A stretch of DNA of 16,265 bases from a candidate division WOR-3 bacterium (GTDB taxonomy: Bacteria; Hydrothermota; Tepidihabitantia; Tepidihabitantales; CAIPLT01): positions 1 through 16,265 of the forward strand of contig CBFGJZ010000007.1 of the NCBI GenBank assembly GCA_965649215.1, read 5' to 3'. Numbering within the stretch: position 1 is the stretch's first letter; each line of letters starts with the position of its first letter. Shown piece after piece: positions 8,956-15,626 of this stretch. Below the pieces are notes generated by a model. It ran no database searches. It was given only the letters and a program-made list of their open reading frames with translations, and was not told the DNA's origin. Made by a program: the position numbers and the translations under genes.

Positions 8956-9946
8956 ATTTTACAATTAGTAAGCCCCGGTCACGGTCTGCAACATAGATTA
9001 AATTGTCTATAGTTACATATACACCTTTGGCATAATTGGTTTTTACGGTTTCAATTAATAAAGGTTGGGTAGGGTTTTTGATATTGACAATTTTCAAACC
9101 ACCATCGCCACAGGCAAGATAAGCAAGAGTGTCTTTGACATAAACATTCTGAGCATAACCATCTACTTTAAGATTACCAACTTGAAATGGCGATTGGGGA
9201 TTACGGATATTTAAGACCACCAAACCATTGCGTCCATCAGCGACATAACAAAGGGTATCACGAATAAAAAGATGACGAGCATTACTGGGCGTATCGCAAC
9301 TACCAAGGATTTCAGCAGATACTTGTGGAGTTGATTTTATTTTTATCGTATAAACACCTAGTTGCTCACAAGCTAAATAGGCAATAGAATCGACAACAAA
9401 AAGACTGCGAGCATTGTTAGGGAAATTAAGATATGCATAAGTGGGCCAGTTTGGATCAGTGATATTAAGGATAAAGAAGCGTTCTCGGCCAGCAATACAA
9501 ATAAGATTTGTATCAATAACTGCGTTTTGATAAGCATAACCAATTAGAATTATACCTGATAAGATTTCATAATTAGTAATTATACTATCGGTTCTGACTA
9601 TTTCAAGCCTTACTAAAAGTTTACGACCGCATGATAGATAAGCATAATTTTCAAAAAGCGTTACTGACCAACAGGAATTTAAAGTATCCATCCATTGTCC
9701 AACTATAGTCGGTTGTTCAGGATTATCAACATTATAAATAACTAATCCCGCTTGACCTGAAGCAACAAATGCTAATCTTTGGTTGTGTAATTCTTTTATG
9801 ACAAGCGATTGCGGATAACCAGGATTAGAAGTTTCTGAAATGATTGTAAATTTAGATTCAATAATTTGAGGTTCGCCACAATGAAGTAATAGTGATAATA
9901 AGACAAAAGAAAGTATTTTAATAAAATATTTATCTTTTATAAACAT
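8945..9946 (-). CDS. LVIVD-repeat beta-propeller protein, probable lipoprotein
   Basis: Repeats of (A/C)Y(L/V)AxGxxGLx(I/V)xN(I/V)xNPxxP (AFVASGQAGLVIYNVDNPEQP, CYVADGRNGLVVLNIRNPQSP, AYLACGDGGLKIVNIKNPTQP). The hydrophobic N-terminus ends in LLLHC (atypical lipobox). Start moved from TTG 9970 to ATG 9946, which has SD AAGGA and lies 4 nt after the upstream stop. Confidence 0.85.
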   Translation of the reverse strand: MFIKDKYFIKILSFVLLSLLLHCGEPQIIESKFTIISETSNPGYPQSLVIKELHNQRLAFVASGQAGLVIYNVDNPEQPTIVGQWMDTLNSCWSVTLFENYAYLSCGRKLLVRLEIVRTDSIITNYEILSGIILIGYAYQNAVIDTNLICIAGRERFFILNITDPNWPTYAYLNFPNNARSLFVVDSIAYLACEQLGVYTIKIKSTPQVSAEILGSCDTPSNARHLFIRDTLCYVADGRNGLVVLNIRNPQSPFQVGNLKVDGYAQNVYVKDTLAYLACGDGGLKIVNIKNPTQPLLIETVKTNYAKGVYVTIDNLIYVADRDRGLLIVKYVE

Positions 9947-9950
9947 TTTT

Positions 9951-11048
9951 TTATTCCTTTTCAATTTCAATGTTACTTGTTTGTGTCATCTCAAAAATAT
10001 TTCGGGGATTGAATTTAATTCCCAAAATGTATTTATTGTTATTATAGTCTTTGATTTCTTCAATGTCAACTTGATAGGGGGTATTGACTTTGCGCTGTTC
10101 GTTTTCATAACCAATAAATAATTGGAAATTTTTTGAAATATTATATGTAAAACGGAAGTTTAAATTATATTTATGGTCGCTTCGGCCAGCATGAAATGGA
10201 TCAATAGCAAATGGATTTTCAGTTGTAAAGTATCTTTTACTATATTCAAATCCAAGATTAATATTAAAGAGAGAAGTTAGGAAATTAGGGATTAGATTGA
10301 TTGAATATTTGTTTTCATTATACGAAATATCAGGGATTGGACCTTGTGCTGATAACTGTTTTCGCATTAATTTTAAGCTAATATCAACAAAATTTAAATA
10401 TCGTAAAGTTGTATTTATACCATATCTAAGAGCAGAACCATCATAATAATTAAAATTTTTAATATAATCATTGATTTCGTATTGGAAAAATGGCGAAACT
10501 GTTATTTTAGATAGCCGATAACGAAGATTAAAAGAAAAAAGATGTTCATTAAAAATACAACCGATATAATCAGTACTCGTTCCCAGGGGATTACGATAGT
10601 AACGAATTAAGTAATTAGGCAAGAATAAATAACCAATTTGAAAACTAATTGGTTTAGAGATTTGATATGAGTTACTTAGCGATATTAATTGATAAGATTT
10701 CTGAGTATTCATTAAATAAAGATATTGTCGATAATTGATTGATAGATTGTTACGTTTTTTATTGATTTGGTAAGGAAGTTGGAGATTCAAATTTAAGCGA
10801 GTAATTAGATCATCATATGTGCGAAAGGGGAATCGATAGGCACGATTTTGACTTATAAAATCATTAAGATAGGATTGAGAATAAAGAAAAATATTGTCAT
10901 CATACTCAACATGCATATCCCAATTTATGCGCGGAGATTGTTTAAATGATATAATATTAGCAGACCAAATGATTGTCGGAATGTTTACGAATGCGACAAT
11001 AAATAATAACACTCTGATCATGTGTAAATGGTAGAATTTTCTATTCAT
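9951..11048 (-). CDS. Predicted outer-membrane beta-barrel protein
   Basis: Signal peptide; early YDDNIF motif; many alternating amphipathic Tyr/Phe-rich strands (RLNLNLQL, SFNLRYRL, NINLGFEY, NLNFRFTY, YILGIKF). Alternative start ATG at 11021 (MIRVLL). Confidence 0.75.
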   Translation of the reverse strand: MNRKFYHLHMIRVLLFIVAFVNIPTIIWSANIISFKQSPRINWDMHVEYDDNIFLYSQSYLNDFISQNRAYRFPFRTYDDLITRLNLNLQLPYQINKKRNNLSINYRQYLYLMNTQKSYQLISLSNSYQISKPISFQIGYLFLPNYLIRYYRNPLGTSTDYIGCIFNEHLFSFNLRYRLSKITVSPFFQYEINDYIKNFNYYDGSALRYGINTTLRYLNFVDISLKLMRKQLSAQGPIPDISYNENKYSINLIPNFLTSLFNINLGFEYSKRYFTTENPFAIDPFHAGRSDHKYNLNFRFTYNISKNFQLFIGYENEQRKVNTPYQVDIEEIKDYNNNKYILGIKFNPRNIFEMTQTSNIEIEKE

Positions 11049-11928
11049 ATTGTGCTTTTGGTTTTACAGCAAAATGTAATGACGCGGATTTTCCTAAGCC
11101 ACCTTTGAGTTTGAATTCTATAAGATAGATGCCAGGTGGTATATCTAGATACATATTATGCGGGATGGACGGAATTAAATCAGATGCATTTTTGTAAAGG
11201 CCAGTTTGTGATTTTGAAGTGCGAAATGTTTTGGCTTGCCATTCTTTTCCACTCACTGTCGCAGAAATAGTATAGTTTTGTTTGCCTTCTAGAGTATAGT
11301 CATAATTAAGACGGCAAGTTACTCGTAATGTTGCGGGTCCTTCAATTTTTACCTTAACCGGAGTTTTATCAGTTACTTCATAATAATTAGTAATACGTTC
11401 TTTATCAACAAATTGTAATTCTCGAAACTTAACATCTGGTATAATTTTGTGATAATCAACGGGTTTTTCAAAGCTAACTCGGATTGCGACAGTTTCAGAT
11501 TTTGCTTCTACAAGACTTATTTTATAGTTATTTTTTCCTTGTGGTACTTCAATATAGAAAGAACGCCACTTGCTGTAGCGCTGTTTTTGCGCACCCAGCG
11601 CCGTGTTTGATAGTTCGGAGATAAAAGTTAATAATTTGTCTTGTTCATTTTCACTCACTACTAACTTATAAGTTTGTGTCTTTGCCATATCCTGGTGCCA
11701 AAGTAGTCGAGTGTAAATTCTAAGCCATGCTGGTCCATTAACACTCATTTCGAAAGGTTGGTTTTTAGTTACATAATAATATTCTTGTTCAACTCTTTTA
11801 ATAACACTAATTACAGTTCGTGATGAAACTTTTTTGATTTCAATTGGTTGATTTTGAGCAGATATATACTTAGGTATCAACAATAAGCTTATCATTAAAG
11901 ATAAGAATAAATATTTATTGTTCATCAT
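11041..11928 (-). CDS. Exported hypothetical protein with two internally duplicated beta-rich domains
   Basis: Signal peptide (..ISA/Q); internal repeat YYxVTxxxP..GPAxLRxxxRL..QxY..TF..S.T..Y(I/L)(E/D)(V/I)PxG. SD GGAG spacing favours the second ATG (11925). Confidence 0.8.
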   Translation of the reverse strand: MMNNKYLFLSLMISLLLIPKYISAQNQPIEIKKVSSRTVISVIKRVEQEYYYVTKNQPFEMSVNGPAWLRIYTRLLWHQDMAKTQTYKLVVSENEQDKLLTFISELSNTALGAQKQRYSKWRSFYIEVPQGKNNYKISLVEAKSETVAIRVSFEKPVDYHKIIPDVKFRELQFVDKERITNYYEVTDKTPVKVKIEGPATLRVTCRLNYDYTLEGKQNYTISATVSGKEWQAKTFRTSKSQTGLYKNASDLIPSIPHNMYLDIPPGIYLIEFKLKGGLGKSASLHFAVKPKAQYE

Positions 11929-11942
11929 CTCTCCAATCTTTA

Positions 11943-13034
11943 TTAATTGTTATTATTAGTTTTCTTAGTTAAATAATATTCTAAATCATAACGGATGACA
12001 AAATATAGAATAATAATAAGTAGAATTGCAAATATAGCTGCGATGGTTTGAGAATATTTAGTTTCCACAAACATACTACCTTTACCAACAGGAGGTAAAG
12101 GAATTGGAGCAATTGGCAAATGATATTTCGATGCTAACCGATTAGCATCAGTAATATTTATGACAGGTACTTTATTCTCAAGCATGGTCAGTATCACAAA
12201 ATCACCACTGAGATTCTTTGGCTTATTTCTTATTAGGCCTGTTGGTAGATGTAAACGATGTTCACCAAGATTGGCGATAGAACGACCAATATTAATAAAT
12301 GCTTTTATTTTATGAGTAGTGTGGTAAATTGAAAGTCTTTCTTTTATATTAGAAGACAAATCATCGGTATGAATGAGTTTAATATTGTACTTATTAATTG
12401 TCTTAATCAACGCATCTCGGGCTTCAGGACTAAAACCGCGACCATTATCATCTTCGCCACCGAGTGTAGCAGCAATCGATTGATAGGTAAAAATTCCCTG
12501 CCCTCGACATATTTGTTCCATATCTAACCATGTTAGATTAATATGATTTGCGCCCCACATGGCGGAACTTAAAGTCGAGATAATAATTGGTTTTATATTC
12601 ATAACTCGCAGAGCCGAAAATAATGCTAAATTTAAAGCTGGATAAGAGCCATCAATACCTACTGCGATGGTGTCGCCATCCTTTATTTTTAAATTTGATA
12701 ATAATTCTATCATAACCGCAGCAAAATTAGGATTGGTTGAAGTTAACACAGACGACAGATCGGTTCGATCAATGGTAATTGGAGTGTATTGTTCACCTAT
12801 GATACCAGTTTCGTTAGGATCATTAATAATGTCAATTGGAATATTCAGTCGAAGCCGTTCTTGTTTAATTTTCTGCATTGCTTCGTAACATATTTGACTT
12901 GCTTTTAATCTTAGCTCATAATTCCTAGGACGCACATTGTGTTTACTAGCGAAAGTTAAGATTAAAAAGACGAGCGAAATGATTGCAAAGATAATTAAAA
13001 CAATTCGACCTACTTTCCCTTCACGTTTTTTCAT
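11943..13034 (-). CDS. pgsW: Poly-gamma-glutamate system protein (TIGR04332-type)
   Basis: Follows pgsBC; N- and C-terminal TM helices; DPNETGIIG..TPIT, TNPNFAA, GSYPALN, SSAMWGAN, AATLGG.DD.G and FINIG motifs recognised from this family. Start corrected to ATG 13034: SD AGGAG overlaps the pgsC stop, whereas the track's 13076 start lies inside pgsC. Confidence 0.85.
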   Translation of the reverse strand: MKKREGKVGRIVLIIFAIISLVFLILTFASKHNVRPRNYELRLKASQICYEAMQKIKQERLRLNIPIDIINDPNETGIIGEQYTPITIDRTDLSSVLTSTNPNFAAVMIELLSNLKIKDGDTIAVGIDGSYPALNLALFSALRVMNIKPIIISTLSSAMWGANHINLTWLDMEQICRGQGIFTYQSIAATLGGEDDNGRGFSPEARDALIKTINKYNIKLIHTDDLSSNIKERLSIYHTTHKIKAFINIGRSIANLGEHRLHLPTGLIRNKPKNLSGDFVILTMLENKVPVINITDANRLASKYHLPIAPIPLPPVGKGSMFVETKYSQTIAAIFAILLIIILYFVIRYDLEYYLTKKTNNNN

Positions 13035-13041
13035 AACGCTC

Positions 13042-13494
13042 CTACATAATTGAGATACTACCATTTGAAATAACAATTATTATCAAACGAGTAAGGACTG
13101 CTGCTATGGTCATAGTCGTGATGGTTTCAATTATACCTTGTCGATGCATCCAATAAGCAATTAAACCTGGGATAACATATCCAATGGTTGTGATGTCAAG
13201 TTTTAAATCACTGAAATAAATCGGTGGAAAGAGACGTACTGCATACCCAATCAGATAACCTAAAAGAATTGTAATTACCAATAAGCGTCTTCCAAATAAT
13301 AACATAATTTTACCTAAGAGTTTCGTTAATATAAATGTGATGATTGCGATAAGTACAGTAGCAATAATTCGAAAAGGTTCGGTAAAATATAAAGCAATAT
13401 ATCCCGGTACAACAATACCACCAGCTGCTAAACCAATGGTTTCAGTTAAAAAAAGACTAGCTAACATTCCCAAACCAATAGTTTCTATGATCAT
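13042..13494 (-). CDS. pgsC: Poly-gamma-glutamate biosynthesis membrane protein PgsC/CapC
   Basis: 150-aa hydrophobic protein with GLAAGGIVVPGYIAL, LFGRR and IGYVIPGLIA..QG signatures; directly after pgsB; SD AAGGA. Confidence 0.96.
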   Translation of the reverse strand: MIIETIGLGMLASLFLTETIGLAAGGIVVPGYIALYFTEPFRIIATVLIAIITFILTKLLGKIMLLFGRRLLVITILLGYLIGYAVRLFPPIYFSDLKLDITTIGYVIPGLIAYWMHRQGIIETITTMTIAAVLTRLIIIVISNGSISIM

Positions 13495-13509
13495 ATCTTC
13501 AATCCTTTA

Positions 13510-14676
13510 CTAATATTCAATTTCGCCGCCTTTTGAGGCAAAATATTGTATTATTGTTTCGCCAAAACCAACTGTATTACCGGTCGCAAATACTAAGGCA
13601 TCATTTTTTACTAATTCAAGAACTTTATTGTAAATTTGAGCAGGGGTTTTTTCACCTAAATCTACAATTTTTCCTTTGGGCATTCCTAAGCTTGTTGCTT
13701 TTCGAATGTATGCAGAAGTTAGAAAACCTGTTGCAACAAACCAATCGGCCTGAAATTTTGATGCGGTCAGTTCTCCTAACTGAATTGAGCGATCCGCACG
13801 GTCATCACGACAATTTACTAAGACAATCTTTTCTGGTGCTAAATGATTTACTTTTTGCCATAAGAGGTATATTGAATCAGGATCATTTGCAGCTAAAGTA
13901 TTAATTAATCGCATCTGTTTATTGTTCTCACGAATTGTGTAAATTCTCATAACACCAGGGTCAGGATTAGCGCGATACATACCCAAAAGAGCCGTTTTAC
14001 GGTCAATACCTAAATTTTCACAAACCAAAAGAGCTAAAGCAACATTCTCTTTATGTTCAATATAATTAAAACCTTTCATTTCGTCGTCACTAATGGTTTG
14101 GGCATCAGCAACAAAAACCTGTGAATTTGCTTTCAATGCGTTCTTTTTGAAAATGTCAAGATGGATATTTTCCGCAGTAAAGAATTTTGCATTTTTTGAA
14201 ATTGTATTAGATAATGATTTAGCGACATCACGAACAGTTGGTCCCATAACATCAAGATGATCAGCGCGAGCATTGGTAATTACACTATGCGTAGATTTTA
14301 TCAATCGATGGGTATGAATCCATTGATAATGAGGAACTAAAGCCATACATTCAATAACTATAACTTCAGGATTATATTTGACTGCTTGACGAAATATTTT
14401 TAATTCTTCGCCAATATTAGGTTTGCCTAATCGTTTAATAGGTATTTCTTCTTTATCAGAAATTATAAATCTTGGTTTTGTACCTGTTGTTTTGGCAATA
14501 ACTTTGCGACCACTCGCTCGAATTCCACCTGCGATTAATCGAGTAACTGATGATTTACCACGAGTACCATTTACTTCAATACGAATAGGTATCTTTCTGA
14601 CATTTTTTAAATGCCAGCGATACTCAATTACCCCATACCCAATAAAGATTATGGTAATGATTAATAAAAAAAACAT
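13510..14676 (-). CDS. pgsB: Poly-gamma-glutamate synthase PgsB/CapB (Mur-ligase-like ATP-dependent amide ligase)
   Basis: N-terminal TM helix; VNGTRGKSSVTRLI P-loop, AKTTGT, ECMAL, ITNARADHLDVMGPT, ENVALAL, PDPG, AANDPDS, NCRDDRADRS. Confidence 0.97.
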   Translation of the reverse strand: MFFLLIITIIFIGYGVIEYRWHLKNVRKIPIRIEVNGTRGKSSVTRLIAGGIRASGRKVIAKTTGTKPRFIISDKEEIPIKRLGKPNIGEELKIFRQAVKYNPEVIVIECMALVPHYQWIHTHRLIKSTHSVITNARADHLDVMGPTVRDVAKSLSNTISKNAKFFTAENIHLDIFKKNALKANSQVFVADAQTISDDEMKGFNYIEHKENVALALLVCENLGIDRKTALLGMYRANPDPGVMRIYTIRENNKQMRLINTLAANDPDSIYLLWQKVNHLAPEKIVLVNCRDDRADRSIQLGELTASKFQADWFVATGFLTSAYIRKATSLGMPKGKIVDLGEKTPAQIYNKVLELVKNDALVFATGNTVGFGETIIQYFASKGGEIEY

Positions 14677-14685
14677 TTGTGTTTA

Positions 14686-14714
14686 ATTATAAATTATTAC
14701 TATCATTATGTCAA
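14686..14714 (-). promoter_or_regulatory. Sigma70-type promoter of the pgs operon
   Basis: Minus strand reads TTGACA(14714-14709) TAATGATAGTAATAATT (17 nt) TATAAT(14691-14686) TAAACACAA ATG, a perfect consensus with ideal spacing. Confidence 0.8.
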
Positions 14715-14750
14715 TAAATTTTGAACGAACATATATACTATAAAATGAAA

Positions 14751-14766
14751 TGCAAAAATCATGCCA
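14751..14766 (-). promoter_or_regulatory. Sigma54 (RpoN) -24/-12 promoter of the pgs operon
   Basis: Minus strand TGGCATGATTTTTGCA matches TGGCAYG-N4-TTGCW with exact GG-N10-GC spacing. It faces pgsB, with a predicted start near 14740. Confidence 0.8.
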
Positions 14767-14808
14767 CTAAATATATTAAGATTTAATTGAAGATGTAAAC
14801 ATAAAGGA

Positions 14809-14838
14809 TGCAAAAAATTGCACTGAAGTGCAAATTTT
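14809..14838. promoter_or_regulatory. Inverted repeat with phased TGCA motifs: candidate enhancer-binding-protein site or intrinsic terminator
   Basis: TGCA at 14809, 14819 and 14829 (10-bp period); perfect inverted repeat TTGCACT-GA-AGTGCAA (14818-14833). On the minus strand it is followed by TTTTTT. Confidence 0.55.
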
Positions 14839-15055
14839 ATAAATAGTTTTTTGAGCTTTTCTAACTTACTATTTTTATCTTTGAGTTAGTTATATTTGTT
14901 TCAAAATATGAATATTTATGAGAAATTTATCTGGATACCATTAATAGGGATTTGAAGGGCTAACATAAAATGACTGTTCACTTAAGAATATTAAGATATT
15001 TTTCTTCGTTCTAACTAATATTTAGATTTAAACTTACTAACTTATCTTTTTTCTA

Positions 15056-15592
15056 TTAAAGCAATAAGAGTTTTTTAACTTGGCAATGATCGGGCGTCTG
15101 TAATTTATAAAAATAAATACCGCTTGCTATTTTCTGTCCCCGATCGTCTGTGCCATTCCAATTAATCGTATAAATACCGGCTGGGATTTCCTGATTTATA
15201 AGCTTTCTAATAATCCGACCTGATGCATCGTAGATTACGAGAGAGAGTTTACTAGAATTTGATAAGGAGTAACGAATAGTAGTTTGTGATTTAAATGGAT
15301 TGGGAAATGCATTATAAAGTTTTGTTATTAGTGAATTAGTATTGAAAATTTCATCGTCTTTTTGTTCAGTGATGCCGGTTAAAGGTAAAGGATACCAAAA
15401 CCCAATTTTCGCTAAAATATTTGATGAAGAAAGATTTCCGATTGCAGTTTGACCAATCGTTGCTTGACCTTGAAAATCAGTTGAAGTTAAGGTACCTCCT
15501 CCATTACTAAAAGTATTCCACGGACATGAATATTGGCTATAAGAGATAGCAAACATCCCTACTAAAAATAGGACAAGATATCTATATATCAT
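15056..15592 (-). CDS. Small secreted protein: ~50-aa GGG..IGQ..GFW domain plus T9SS/FlgD-Ig-type C-terminal domain
   Basis: SD AAGGAG precedes ATG 15592; the track's GTG 15607 start would put the SD inside the ORF. Signal peptide; WNTFSNGGG..ATIGQ..IGFW; FPNPF..IYDASG..WNGTDDRG..ASGIYFYKL..KKLLLL. Confidence 0.85.
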   Translation of the reverse strand: MIYRYLVLFLVGMFAISYSQYSCPWNTFSNGGGTLTSTDFQGQATIGQTAIGNLSSSNILAKIGFWYPLPLTGITEQKDDEIFNTNSLITKLYNAFPNPFKSQTTIRYSLSNSSKLSLVIYDASGRIIRKLINQEIPAGIYTINWNGTDDRGQKIASGIYFYKLQTPDHCQVKKLLLL

Positions 15593-15626
15593 TTTTACTC
15601 CTTTCACTAAACTATAACATTTTTAT

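Noticed and set aside
14666-14673. T8 run right after the pgsB start codon as a phase-variation tract
   Set aside because: Runs of 7-8 A/T are ordinary in this AT-rich sequence and the frame is intact.
12667-14686. Plus-strand ORFs 12667..12888, 13533..13904 and 14423..14686
   Set aside because: Antisense to conserved pgsW/pgsB, with no independent support.
14859-15045. Scattered short CTAACT/AACTTACT repeats in the intergenic region; considered as CRISPR, ncRNA or operator
   Set aside because: Short, irregularly spaced and low complexity, with no repeat-spacer structure or stable fold visible.
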